A program made the position numbers and the translations under genes. Positions 51,908-62,386 of a stretch of DNA of 64,000 nucleotides are shown piece by piece. A model generated the notes under the pieces. The model was not told where the DNA came from and ran no database searches. It saw nothing but the letters and a program-made list of their open reading frames with translations. Each line of letters starts with the position of its first letter. Position 1 is the first letter of the stretch. Origin of the DNA: Candidatus Avispirillum sp. (lineage in GTDB: Bacteria; Bacillota; Clostridia; Oscillospirales; CAG-272); NCBI GenBank assembly GCA_045597805.1, contig JAZLKW010000062.1:30083-94082 (forward strand). Direction: 5' to 3'.

Positions 51908-53610
51908 ATGACGACAGAAAAGAATTTAACAGGTTATCCGTCTATTGATAAACCTTGGTTAAATATTATACCGAGGAAGAAATTAATGCGGAAACTCCAA
52001 AGTGCAGTATCTATGAAAAGATTTATGAAAACAATTTGCATTTTACGAATCAAACTGCACTATTGTTTTTTGGCAAGAAGATTACATATAAAAAGTTATT
52101 TGCTCAAATAGAGCGCACAGTAACAGCACTTGCGTCCTATGGTGTTATGAACGGTGACAATGTTGCCATTTGTATGCCCGCATTACCTGAAACGGTATAT
52201 ACGATTTTGGCACTAAACAAAATCGGAGCTAATGCAGTATTGCTTAATCCTTTGTTTGACGAGCAGCAATTATTAAATCGCATTAATGAAACCGAGGCTA
52301 AACTACTGTTTGTTGCTAATGAACTTTATGGAAGAATTGAAAACATTCTGCCAAACAAAAAAATTGAAACAATCATTTCTTGCCCTGCGGTTAACTCATT
52401 AGGTGCAGTAGTCAAGACCATCAAAAAAGTTAAGACTATAGCCAGCACAATTACTTGGGATAATTTTATTAAAAACAATAACTGCGTAGGAGTTAAAGTT
52501 CCTTCTTATGAACCCAACAAGCCCGCCTTGATGGTTTATTCGTCGGGTACAACCGGTCAATCAAAAGGTATCCAGTTGACGAATGATGGTGTTTTAACAC
52601 TACTTGTAGATGCCAAAAGCGTGTTTGTAGAAATGAAGCGACAAGACAGATATTTTGTGCAAATCCCGTTATGGTTTTCCACCGGATTGGTTGCAACACT
52701 GTTAACATCGCTTTACTATGGTTTAGTTGCTATTTTAGAGCCTTTGTATGACTTGTCCTTATTCAGTAAACACATAGTCAAATACAAACCTAACTATATG
52801 ATTACAGCTACAGGACTTGTTGATTATTTATATTATCAACAATATAATCATCTGTCATATAAGCACTTTAAGTGTTTGGCAATCGGTGGTGAATATGTAA
52901 CACCGCAGGCAGAAAAAAGGTTTAACAAATGGTTGGCTGACAATGGTAATAACATACCTTTGCAAAAAGGATATGGAATGTGTGAACTGGGTAGCATTGT
53001 GACTGCTGCTAGTGTACGTTACAATACTATCGGCTCGGCGGGCATCCCCACGCCGCATGTTGTAGTTTCTGCATTTAATGCAGAAACAAACGAGGAGTTG
53101 CGTTATGGGGAATGTGGCGAGATTCGTGTTTGTTCTCCGTGCAAAATGTTAGGATATTATAAAAATGAACAAGCAACCAACGACTTTTTCTACACCGATA
53201 AGGACGGAAACGTATGGGCTTGCACCGGAGATATGGGGTATGTTGCAGAAGACGGCAATGTTTATGTAGATGGTCGTATCAGCTCGTCTTATAAAAACAC
53301 TGCCGGCGAAACTATTTACCTGTTCGACATTGAACGTGCTATCTTGGCAGTTGAACAGGTCAGACAATGCAAGGTAGTTGTATCTAATATAAACGGTGAA
53401 AAGACTCATGTTGCTCATATTGTATTGACTGCAGATGCCAACCAGAAAACAACATTTAAAAGCATTAAGAAATATTGCTCAACTGCTCTTCCAGCAAACC
53501 ACATACCCACGCTGATCAAAATGTATGAATCCGCACTTCCTGTTGCTCCCTCTGGAAAACTAAATGTGAATATGATGGAGAAGGATACAGATGGATTGAT
53601 TAAAACATAA
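51908..53610 (+). pseudogene. class I adenylate-forming (acyl-CoA synthetase-like) enzyme, frameshifted at about codon 19
   Basis: RBS GAGGAG + MTTEKNLTGYPSIDKPWL continues in another frame as KYYTEEE; YSSGTTGQSKG, GYGMCE, TGDMG, PSGK motifs intact. Confidence 0.7.
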
Positions 53611-53653
53611 AAGCAACTACGTTTAAACAAAGAAAATCCAGGAGTGACTTACA

Positions 53654-54721
53654 ATGAAAGGCGGCACTAAAAAAATACCACCCACAAAAAGAATATCAAA
53701 AAAGCCAGAATTAAAAATTAATATTGATAATTGTTTGCTGATAGGAAATGGCTTAAATCGTTGCCTTTCTGCAGGTAGTATTTCTTGGGGAAATTTATTG
53801 CAAATAATCGCACAAGACCTTAATGTAGATTATTTTGAAAATAATCCAATGCCATTAGAGTTTGAGCGGATTATTAATTCACATCTTTCTCAAAAAGAGC
53901 CAAATGAAAGTTTGTATAAGTCATATACAAATATTAAATACAAAATAGCTGAGATAATGCAAAAATCAACCTTACCCTACAACGCCATTCATCGAAGCAT
54001 TCCACAAATGAAAAATATTCAAATAGGTGCAATTATGACGACCAACTATGATTACCTATTAGAATATGCTTTTGACCCCAAATATCGTTTCGACAAAAAT
54101 CTTGATGCCCATATGTACATACCAGAAAGCACTTACCAGGTAGATGGGATCGAATTTTATCACATTCACGGAATTATGGGAGATCCAAAATCCATTTGCC
54201 TCGGTTACAATCAATACATGTCTATTGTTTCGTGCTTAAAAAATGCTATAAGCAGAAAGACTGACAATTTAGGACAATCATTATTAATTAGACAAATTCT
54301 TTCAGGCGCAAGACAACCTACCGGTGCTTGGCCAGAGCGGTTTTTCTATTCAAATATAGCAATAATTGGGTTTGGACTCGACCAATGTGAGGCAGATATT
54401 TGGTGGTTGCTCTCATACAGAGCTTATCTCTATTACACTAATTCTTGGAATATGAGAGAACTAATAAAAAACAAAATCGTGTATTATCGCATAATTGATT
54501 GCACGAGAACCGAATACAAACATCCTTTAACAGATAGTTGGCATGTGGAAACATACGAATTAACCGAAGAAGAAAAAAGATTTAATAGCCTTCTTCGTAG
54601 TGAACATGTGGAAGTTAATTTATATGCATTACGAAACGGGAAAACATATGAGGATGCATATCAGAAAATTTTGTCAGACATTGATAAAAAAGGGATAAAA
54701 GAGTATGGTCAAGATATATAG
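53654..54721 (+). CDS. SIR2-like (SIR2_2/AbiH-type) domain protein
   Basis: LLIGNGLN, SWGNLL, MTTNYDYLLE, YHIHG, IIGFGLD. Confidence 0.75.
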   Translation: MKGGTKKIPPTKRISKKPELKINIDNCLLIGNGLNRCLSAGSISWGNLLQIIAQDLNVDYFENNPMPLEFERIINSHLSQKEPNESLYKSYTNIKYKIAEIMQKSTLPYNAIHRSIPQMKNIQIGAIMTTNYDYLLEYAFDPKYRFDKNLDAHMYIPESTYQVDGIEFYHIHGIMGDPKSICLGYNQYMSIVSCLKNAISRKTDNLGQSLLIRQILSGARQPTGAWPERFFYSNIAIIGFGLDQCEADIWWLLSYRAYLYYTNSWNMRELIKNKIVYYRIIDCTRTEYKHPLTDSWHVETYELTEEEKRFNSLLRSEHVEVNLYALRNGKTYEDAYQKILSDIDKKGIKEYGQDI

Positions 54722-54751
54722 AAGACCTGAATTATTACATCATACAAGCAT

Positions 54752-54788
54752 AAAAATCGAGGGCACATAAAGAGTGCCCTCGATTTTT
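54752..54788. terminator. bidirectional terminator
   Basis: AAAAATCGAGGGCAC...GTGCCCTCGATTTTT. Confidence 0.8.
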
Positions 54789-54790
54789 TG

Positions 54791-55165
54791 TTAGTATATT
54801 ATATCGTGATTTACGATTTCTGTGACTCTGCTGCGTATGTTATTCATACGAGCAACCCACTCCATTTGGTTGTCTGCCTTGAGCTTTTCTGTCACACCCT
54901 CACGCTCTGCCATCTGTTTTACGAGCCGAAAAAACATATCCTCAGCCTGCTTGTTTACATCGGCAAGGTGTCTGTTCAGTTCGCATTTTGCAAGCAAGGT
55001 CGTTTAAAAACCTTTGCGGTGCGCCTTGATATACTGCAAGTGCCGCTGTCCCCAAATGCCGACTTCGACCTGCTCTTCGGCGGGTAATGCAAGGTCGGGC
55101 AGATAGTAATCTCCCTGCAAGGTGTAGCTGATACCCGTTCTTTCGTCTGTGAAATGCTGTTTCAT
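54791..55165 (-). pseudogene. tnpV: TnpV family protein with in-frame TAA at codon 54
   Basis: AAGGAGG RBS, MKQHF..GISYTLQGDYYLPDL..IWGQRH..KGF*TTLL..EGVTEKLKADNQMEWVARMNNIR. Confidence 0.8.
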
Positions 55166-55186
55166 TTTGTTGTCCTCCTTGTAATT

Positions 55187-56347
55187 TTATCTTGAGCGTT
55201 CATCACGCCGTTTACCTTTATTTGCTCTTGCTTGTTCAAGCAGATTGTCAATCTGTCTACTGCCGAATACCTTTCGGAGCAGTTTATAATCACGCAGATC
55301 TTCACGGAGATATTCGTTTTCATTTTCCAAAGCCGCCACCCGATTTTTCAATCTCTCGTTGCTACTCGCAAGCGAGTGGTTGGCAGTGCGCCACCGTTCA
55401 AAATCGGTTCTCGCTTCAAAATACCGACTCAGAGTTTTAATAACAAGTGCATTTAATCGCTTTATCAACGGATCGACAAACTTGGTTTTATAACTCCGTG
55501 CCGACATCATTGCTGTAGGTTCGGGCAACTGATATTCAGGTTCATTTTCAAAATTTTGTGAGATTGTCGTGATAACCTTTGCGCTCTCGGTGAGGTTTTC
55601 AATCTGCTTTTCAAGGATATTTGCTTCGTCGGTTTTCTCTTTGACAACCGCATCCAACTCCGCCAATTCTCGCTGACGTTCCTGCAATTTATAATCGAGA
55701 ACATCGAGGTGCGGGCGTTCCATTCCTTTGTGCTCCCACTCAATTCCGTGCCGTTCCATAATGGCGGCAAGTTGTTCTTTTTCGGCTTGTATCCACCTTG
55801 CCCACTCGCTATCCTTCTTGTGAACGCCGACAAATCCTTGCGCCTTTAACGCTTGCTTGAGGGAAACTCTTGTTTCAAGTCCACGCTTGCCATCGGTCTT
55901 GATAAAGGGTACAAAGTCAATGTGCAGGTGGGGTGTTGCTTCATCCAAATGCAGGTGTGCCGAGAACACTCTGAGGTTGGGATTACGCTCGGCAAAGCCT
56001 TTCATATACTCGTCAAGTATCTCGGTGGCGAGCTTTCCGGTGTTGCTATCGACGGCAGTATTCTCCCAATCACCAATCTGCATTATGATTTCGTGGAACG
56101 GTTTTTCCTGCTTTCCGAAGCGTATTTTTTCGTAATAATCATCTATCATACGGTCGCCTCTCGTTTGCTTGGCATTGTATTTTTCAAGCGCTTCATCAAA
56201 CAATTCGTGGTAAACATCACGGATATTTTCATCACAGTAGGCAATGTTTTGGTGCGACCTTCCGGGGTCAACGTTGCCTGCGTGAAAGGTGCGATTGTTG
56301 TGTCTGAGTGAACCTTTTCCGACCATTCCGCTTATCGCTCTTTTCAA
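55187..56347 (-). CDS. MobV (Mob/Pre) relaxase
   Basis: HNNR motif I, HLHLDEATPHLHIDFVP HUH motif III, coiled-coil C-terminus; TTG start after AAGGAAG. Confidence 0.88.
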   Translation of the reverse strand: MKRAISGMVGKGSLRHNNRTFHAGNVDPGRSHQNIAYCDENIRDVYHELFDEALEKYNAKQTRGDRMIDDYYEKIRFGKQEKPFHEIIMQIGDWENTAVDSNTGKLATEILDEYMKGFAERNPNLRVFSAHLHLDEATPHLHIDFVPFIKTDGKRGLETRVSLKQALKAQGFVGVHKKDSEWARWIQAEKEQLAAIMERHGIEWEHKGMERPHLDVLDYKLQERQRELAELDAVVKEKTDEANILEKQIENLTESAKVITTISQNFENEPEYQLPEPTAMMSARSYKTKFVDPLIKRLNALVIKTLSRYFEARTDFERWRTANHSLASSNERLKNRVAALENENEYLREDLRDYKLLRKVFGSRQIDNLLEQARANKGKRRDERSR

Positions 56348-56385
56348 ATAATCACTTCCTTTTTCCTTCGCCGCCGTGTGGCGGG

Positions 56386-56415
56386 TTTTGTTACTTTTGT
56401 CAAAAGTAACGCAAA
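56386..56415. other. candidate oriT inverted repeat
   Basis: GTTACTTTTG-T-CAAAAGTAAC just upstream of the relaxase, the usual position for a MOBV oriT; nick site not identified. Confidence 0.45.
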
Positions 56416-56627
56416 AGCACTTTCGACAGCCTTCGTCTATCAAAAGGTGCCATTGCGCTCTCCGAGGGGGTTATGGGGCGTTGCCCCGTTGTCTGCGGAC
56501 AACACCCCAGCAGAGCTGCCCTTTGAAAAGGGCACCCTGCACCCCGCCTAAACTTGGTATTGGCATACCTTCCGAAAAAGAACATTGCATGATTGCGAAA
56601 GTCTCACACCTTTGCAATGTTGCAACC

Positions 56628-57599
56628 TTACAGGTCGCCATACTCTTTTTCGGGTAACTGCCAATACCACTGACTGCCTTCCTTCACAGACCGCACGTTC
56701 AGTGTTTTCTTTGCTTCGTCAAGCACTCGTTTGGAAATCCCCAAACTCTTTGCTTTTTGTAGCAAAGTCTGTTGCAGATACTTTCCATCGGAAAGGCAGT
56801 CAACGATAAGGCTTTCAGCCATATCGGATTTTTTCTCACGGCTGACGCCGCTGAGAAGATCGTCGATAGAGATATCGTAGTGGCCTAGCCAACGGAAACC
56901 GTTGGCTTCGCTCAGCTCAAAGGCGATAGGCTTGCCCTCCGGTGCGAGAGAAGATTTTTGATGTGCCGCCACTCGTATCTCCGGCTTGTCCTTTACTCTG
57001 CCGACAACAAGAACACTTCTTGCCGTTGCTTGAAAGTCCACCGAGCCAAGACCTCTGTAATTGGATTTGTTACCCTGCGCCTTGTTCAAGTGTCCCACAA
57101 GGATAATCGCACAACTGTACTTCTCTGCAATTCTGCCGAGCTGAGAAAGAATGGCACGGACTTCGTTTGCTCGGTTCATATCCACTCTTGCGCCGATATA
57201 GGCTTGCATCGGATCTAAGATAATCACCCGTGCGCCCGTTTCCGCAATCGCCTTTTCCACTCTCTCATCAAGCATCGTCAGCGCCGCTTCCGATTCGTCA
57301 ATCACTTTGATTTGCGAACAGTCTGCATCACCGACAAGAAGACGGGGCTTGATGGTATCACCAAGTCCATCTTCTGCGGTCTGATAGATCACCTTAATCG
57401 GCTCACGCTCGGTATCGTCGCAGGGGAGTTTTGCTCCCCTTGACAATAGCGCCGCCAATCGCAGTATAAGCGTTGTTTTTCCTTCGCCGCCGTCGCCGTG
57501 AATAATTGTCAGTTTCCCGAACGGGATATAGGGATACCACAACCACTCCACTTCTTCGACGGCAACTTCATCCATACTGATGATTTTTAATTCAGCCAT
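56628..57599 (-). CDS. AAA_25 / RepA-like ATPase (putative replicative helicase)
   Basis: VEWLWYPYIPFGKLT, GDGGEGKT, AEDG, IILDP, GHLNK. Confidence 0.88.
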   Translation of the reverse strand: MAELKIISMDEVAVEEVEWLWYPYIPFGKLTIIHGDGGEGKTTLILRLAALLSRGAKLPCDDTEREPIKVIYQTAEDGLGDTIKPRLLVGDADCSQIKVIDESEAALTMLDERVEKAIAETGARVIILDPMQAYIGARVDMNRANEVRAILSQLGRIAEKYSCAIILVGHLNKAQGNKSNYRGLGSVDFQATARSVLVVGRVKDKPEIRVAAHQKSSLAPEGKPIAFELSEANGFRWLGHYDISIDDLLSGVSREKKSDMAESLIVDCLSDGKYLQQTLLQKAKSLGISKRVLDEAKKTLNVRSVKEGSQWYWQLPEKEYGDL

Positions 57600-57745
57600 A
57601 GGCGTTACCTCCTTTTTTCAAATTCCTTCAAAACTATTGAAATTGGAGGGTTCTTCGGTTATAATATTTGCAGTACATTTTTGAGAAGGCTGCTCCGTAT
57701 CTGCGCCAACAGATACATTCGGGGCAGTCTTTTCCGTTATATTGG

Positions 57746-58072
57746 TCATTCAGATCCCTCCTTTAATCCATACAAGGTTTTGTTGATTTGGTCGATGATT
57801 TCAAGCAAGTCACCGCTGACGTTGCCGCCGCTTTCGATACGCTTCAGTTCATCAAGCACGGCGGCGAGTTCCACTTTGAGTGCCTTATACACTCTTGGAT
57901 TACCCTCCACGATAATTTCACGGTCGACACACTTGCGGTAGCAGTATTCCTGCTTTGTAAGTCCCGACAGCGCCACAATACGGTTTATCGTTTCGTGTTC
58001 TTCGGGCGATACCCGAAACCCTACGGTGATACATCTAAAGCGGTCGTGTTTGTCTAAATTCTTAGCTGACAT
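57746..58072 (-). CDS. MobC-like ribbon-helix-helix mobilization protein
   Basis: VGFRVSPEE..SGLTKQEY..VEGNPRVYKAL. Confidence 0.7.
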   Translation of the reverse strand: MSAKNLDKHDRFRCITVGFRVSPEEHETINRIVALSGLTKQEYCYRKCVDREIIVEGNPRVYKALKVELAAVLDELKRIESGGNVSGDLLEIIDQINKTLYGLKEGSE

Positions 58073-59162
58073 TTTGTGTTGGCTCCTTTCGGAAATTATT
58101 GAGCTTGTCTGCCATATCCGTCTGTGTGGACGGGAATAGATGAGCGTAGTTATAAGTGATATTGATGCTTTCGTGTCCTACACGGTCAGCAATCGCCACC
58201 GCCGAATATCCCATTTCAATTAAGAGGGAAATGTGGCTGTGTCGCAGATCGTGGATACGGATACGTTTAACCCCTGCTTCGTCTGCGCCCCTTGTCATTT
58301 CACGGTGCAAATAATTCTTTGTGATATTAAACACTCGATCGCTCTTTTGCAGACCGTAGAGCTTAGAAAGGTATTCCTTGATTTCCTCTATAAGAAAATC
58401 GGGCATCTTTATCACACGGTTGCTTTTCGGCGTTTTCGGTTCGGTAATTACATCCCTGCCGTCAATGCGCTGATAGGACTTAGTGATTGTGACCGTACCA
58501 CGCTCAAAATCGAAGTCACCGGCGGTCAATGCTAACAGCTCGCCTTCACGGATACCGCACCAATACAGCATTTCAAATGCGTAATAGGATACGGGTTTGT
58601 CCATTACCGCAAAGGCAAATTTCTGATATTCTTCTTGTGTCCAAAAGAGCATTTCACGGCTTCTTGCCTTGCCCATATTACCGACCTTAGCGGCGGGATT
58701 TTCTTTCAAGCCATAGAACTTAACGGCGTGATTGAAAATGGCGCTGAGCTGATTGTGGAGAGTTTTAAGATACACGGGAGAGTATTTCTTGCCGTTCTTA
58801 TCACAGCCCTTAATCATTTCGTTTTGCCAAGCAATAACGTCTCTCGGCTTAATATCGCTGATTTTACGTTTGCCGAAGTACGGCAGGATCTTCGTGCGGA
58901 TAATATGCTCTTTGGTCTGCCAAGTGTTTTCTTTAATGCGATTCTTCATATCCACCGTATAGGTTTCAATAAAACTCGCAAAGGTCATACTGAGGTCTGC
59001 CTGAGTTTTGTTCAAAAACTCACGTTCCCAAGCAAGTGCTTCACGCTTGGTCGGGAAGCCTCGCTTTGTGCTTTGCTTTCGATCTCCTTTCCAATCGGTT
59101 ACTCGGTAGTAAACCATCCAAGTGTTTGTTTTTTCATCTTTATAAACAGCCATTTTCATCAC
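58062..59162 (-). CDS. int: tyrosine integrase with N-terminal arm-binding domain
   Basis: KRGFPTKREA, GIREGELLAL, PKT, HDLRHSH, RVGH, Y..HL. Confidence 0.95.
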   Translation of the reverse strand: MMKMAVYKDEKTNTWMVYYRVTDWKGDRKQSTKRGFPTKREALAWEREFLNKTQADLSMTFASFIETYTVDMKNRIKENTWQTKEHIIRTKILPYFGKRKISDIKPRDVIAWQNEMIKGCDKNGKKYSPVYLKTLHNQLSAIFNHAVKFYGLKENPAAKVGNMGKARSREMLFWTQEEYQKFAFAVMDKPVSYYAFEMLYWCGIREGELLALTAGDFDFERGTVTITKSYQRIDGRDVITEPKTPKSNRVIKMPDFLIEEIKEYLSKLYGLQKSDRVFNITKNYLHREMTRGADEAGVKRIRIHDLRHSHISLLIEMGYSAVAIADRVGHESINITYNYAHLFPSTQTDMADKLNNFRKEPTQNVS

Positions 59163-59359
59163 TTCCTTTCCTTAACTTTGGCTGCATCATAGCAAGTCTT
59201 ATCTAAAAAGAATTGTTTGTTGACTTTCCCCGCCATTGTAAAAAATCCTTGTTCTTGCAGTTCGGCGTTCATTTTCCGAATCACCTTATAGGCGAATGAT
59301 TTGGAAATCTTGAGTGCCTTTGCAACATCGTCTGCGGTCATATAATAATCTTCAAACAT
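59159..59359 (-). CDS. excisionase-like HTH protein
   Basis: 66 aa MFEDYYMTADDVAKALKISKSFAYKVIRKMN, directly upstream of int; GGAGG RBS. Confidence 0.75.
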   Translation of the reverse strand: MFEDYYMTADDVAKALKISKSFAYKVIRKMNAELQEQGFFTMAGKVNKQFFLDKTCYDAAKVKERK

Positions 59360-59520
59360 TGCAGTACCTCCTTTCTTAGTTTTTTTGCGCTGTGTTTGGT
59401 TTTGCCGTTTTCCCCAAGTGTCGTTCCTGCCCCTGCTTTTCAGCGGCGTTTTCTCGCTCGCTTCCTTGCGGAAGGTCTTGGCGGAGTATCCCACTTGGAC
59501 GGTCGTTTAGTTGTAGCAAC

Positions 59521-59648
59521 TTAACTGTATTTGTTTAAGTTATCCTCATTATACTAAACATATTCCGTTAAGTCAAGTGGTTTTCGAGAAAATATTAAAC
59601 TTTTTTGTTTATATTATCTTGACAGAACTTAAACATTTGTGTTATACT
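59521..59648. promoter_or_regulatory. divergent promoters with palindromic operator-like sites
   Basis: Leftward TTGACT-17-TATAAT (59576-59548), rightward TTGACA-18-TATACT (59619-59648); four T(A/T)AAC-N6/7-GTT sites overlap them. Confidence 0.6.
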
Positions 59649-59683
59649 CAATGCAAAGCACATAAGTAAGGAGTGAAATTACT

Positions 59684-60181
59684 ATGGCAATTGGTGAAAG
59701 AATTAGATTTTTTCGTAACCTAAAAGGTATGACACAAAAGTTTCTTGGTGTAAAAGTCGGTTTTCCGGAGAAAACTGCCGACATCCGCTTGGCTCAGTAT
59801 GAGTCCGGCACAAGAACACCCAAATCAGATTTAACCGAAGCACTTGCCGATGCTTTGGGCGTTTCTACTATGGCATTGAACGTTCCTGATATTGATACGG
59901 ATCTCGGCTTTATGCATACCCTCTTTGCATTAGAGGATATTTACGGTTTAAAGATTGACAAGCTCGATGACGAGGTTTGTATCCGTCTTGATAAAAACAG
60001 AGGAACATCCTACATTTCTTTGCTTGAGCGTTTTTCCGCTTGGCAGAAAGAAGCGGAGAAGTATCGCAACGGTGAAATCAGCAAAGAGGAATATGACAGT
60101 TGGCGTTATACATATCCCGAAGTAGAGGTACAGCGTACAAGGGATGCTCTTGACGCAATGCGCGAAAACAACAAAGGATAA
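59684..60181 (+). CDS. XRE-family HTH repressor
   Basis: IGERIRFFRNLKGMTQ..LAQYESGTRTPK..LADALGV. Confidence 0.9.
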   Translation: MAIGERIRFFRNLKGMTQKFLGVKVGFPEKTADIRLAQYESGTRTPKSDLTEALADALGVSTMALNVPDIDTDLGFMHTLFALEDIYGLKIDKLDDEVCIRLDKNRGTSYISLLERFSAWQKEAEKYRNGEISKEEYDSWRYTYPEVEVQRTRDALDAMRENNKG

Positions 60182-60187
60182 TTCAAA

Positions 60188-61036
60188 ATGAAGAAATTAC
60201 ATTTATATGTAGCAGAAACAGACCATCCTCAAGGTGCAAAAACTGAAATTGTAATTAAAGACGAAATCACGCAGGAAGAACTCACGCAGTTAAACGCAGC
60301 TTTTCGGATATGTAGCCTCTATCACAGCATCACACAGATCAAAGACATTGTTGTTGAAAATGGTGAAAGCTTTAAACGCTTTATGAGTCCTCAAAATTTG
60401 CAAGAAATTAGAAAGCGGAATGTACCTCCTGAAAGAGCAATTACACTTGCAAATAAAGCTGTTCTAAATTACGCATCTTCAATCAAAACATATATTGATA
60501 TGGAAAAGCGCCTTTTGACTAAGCGGGCCTCAGAAAGCGCCTTAAAGTTGTTTGAAGATATGCAACACGCTTTTTACGATAAAAATATGGAGTATAGGTT
60601 TTGGGCGAATTTTAGAAACTACATTGTACACTGTGAATTTCCATATTCCATTTATCAAGAATCCGTTGAGAATGGTTGTAAAATAATCTGCACTAAAGAA
60701 CACTTGCTTCAGTTTGATAACTGGAAACACTCGAAGGCGGATATACAACAAATGGGAGAGCAAATTGATTTACCGTCGCTTGTTGATAATATGAGCGCAA
60801 TGATATATGCTTTTTACATTGATTTCTTTAGCCACTTTGCAAAAGACATTACTGATGGCATAGCTACCTACGGCGAATTTTGCAGAAAATATGATGTAAG
60901 AGTGCCTGTTATTTTCAAAATGAAAAATAGAGAACAGGTCGCCGGAAGTCATTTTCAACCTTTGCCTGTTAAAGAGCTTAGAGCATCTTTTGACATACTT
61001 AGGAGTAATCCGCATATTAAAATTGACATAAAATAA
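60188..61036 (+). CDS. hypothetical protein with HEPN-like motif
   Basis: 282 aa; FRNYIVH fits RxxxxH, preceded by helix VLNYASSIKTYID. Confidence 0.6.
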   Translation: MKKLHLYVAETDHPQGAKTEIVIKDEITQEELTQLNAAFRICSLYHSITQIKDIVVENGESFKRFMSPQNLQEIRKRNVPPERAITLANKAVLNYASSIKTYIDMEKRLLTKRASESALKLFEDMQHAFYDKNMEYRFWANFRNYIVHCEFPYSIYQESVENGCKIICTKEHLLQFDNWKHSKADIQQMGEQIDLPSLVDNMSAMIYAFYIDFFSHFAKDITDGIATYGEFCRKYDVRVPVIFKMKNREQVAGSHFQPLPVKELRASFDILRSNPHIKIDIK

Positions 61037-61161
61037 ATCAAGCACTCTCAAATGAACTTTAATGGTGCAAGTGTAATTATCATTATTGTACCGAAGCAGC
61101 ACATCAAGAGAATGAAGAATATCCCAAATTAGTTAACAACTTTGTATTAGGAGGTGATATT

Positions 61162-62334
61162 ATGGCACGTACCATTTTTTACTCTTGGCAAAATGATTTA
61201 GATTGCAAAACACATCGATATTTTATTGAAAAATGCTTAAAAAATGCATTGGTTGATTTAGAAAAAGATGCCGCCATATATATGAACTATGATCGTGATA
61301 CGAAAGGCATCAATGGTAGTCCTGATATCACTGCAACAATATTTGATAAAATCGACAAATGCGTTTTATTTGTTTGCGATGTAAGTATTGTTAATTCGAA
61401 TGCTGAAGGTCGTAAAATGCCAAACCCTAATGTTTTAGTTGAATTAGGGTACGCTGCAAGTAAACTCGGTTGGGATAGAATTATTTGCCTATTTGACGGA
61501 AATACAGGCGATATTGAAGACTTACCGTTTGATTTGCGTCAAAAAAGAGTGACACCCTTTTATCCGGATCGAAAAAATGAACTATCACGGGTAAGCAAAA
61601 TTTTGGACGTAAATATTGCGGATTTATATGTAAAAGGTCAATTGTTCAATCCGTTAAATGATTACATTAAGGGTAAAATCGACAGATCTATTTTGGGTAT
61701 TGTAAAACCTATGGCTAATTTGGTTTATGGTACTATATCGATGAGTGAGGGATTAGAACACGTTTCGCCTTTATTAAAATCTTCGCCTGAAGAAATCGAA
61801 AAAAATATTACTGACATTCACTTTCCAGCATTTGTTGCGTTAAATGATTTTGGCAAAGAAAATGCAAATCTTCAGGAAATATTAAAAGACCTATTTTCAT
61901 CTTCATATTTTCCGAAAGAGTGGAGTTATACTGTTTTAGAGTTAATCGATTGGATAAGAGAGTATAATTGGTTTATTTCAAAAAGAAATGAAAACTTTCC
62001 CTTTGAAAAGATCAATTCATCTCAATATGATAATCTTGCTGCAATTAGTGCAAAAGCAGTAAATTCCAACAATTCAAATAATTCTTTTTTGATTTTAGAA
62101 ACTATCAATAAAGATGGAAAGCGTTATGTTGATACTGATGGAGGTAAGGTGATTAACACAACCCACTATGCAACGGATAATGCGCCTTCATTGAGACATT
62201 GTTTATCTATTAAATCAGATAGCATTAAAACTTTGACAGACAAAATATACAAACTAATCATCATTTGCCAAAATTGGCTCGATGTTACCGACAGCGAGTT
62301 TATCTTAGACCCTGATTACTATGTGATTACATAA
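61162..62334 (+). CDS. protein with N-terminal TIR-like / nucleoside deoxyribosyltransferase-fold domain
   Basis: IFYSWQND, GSPDI..IFDKI, FVCDVS, PNPNVLVELGYA, LPFDL. Confidence 0.75.
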   Translation: MARTIFYSWQNDLDCKTHRYFIEKCLKNALVDLEKDAAIYMNYDRDTKGINGSPDITATIFDKIDKCVLFVCDVSIVNSNAEGRKMPNPNVLVELGYAASKLGWDRIICLFDGNTGDIEDLPFDLRQKRVTPFYPDRKNELSRVSKILDVNIADLYVKGQLFNPLNDYIKGKIDRSILGIVKPMANLVYGTISMSEGLEHVSPLLKSSPEEIEKNITDIHFPAFVALNDFGKENANLQEILKDLFSSSYFPKEWSYTVLELIDWIREYNWFISKRNENFPFEKINSSQYDNLAAISAKAVNSNNSNNSFLILETINKDGKRYVDTDGGKVINTTHYATDNAPSLRHCLSIKSDSIKTLTDKIYKLIIICQNWLDVTDSEFILDPDYYVIT

Positions 62335-62342
62335 GCAAAACA

Positions 62343-62386
62343 AAAAGAGCTAACAGACTTTGTAACAAAAATCTGTTAGCTCTTTT
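62343..62386. terminator. bidirectional terminator
   Basis: AAAAGAGCTAACAGA...TCTGTTAGCTCTTTT. Confidence 0.8.

Noticed and set aside
52371..52382. 12-nt match (AATCATTTCTTG) between the CRISPR spacer and the AMP-ligase gene, suggesting targeting of the island
   Set aside because: Short and AT-rich, and the two PAM-proximal bases mismatch; compatible with chance.
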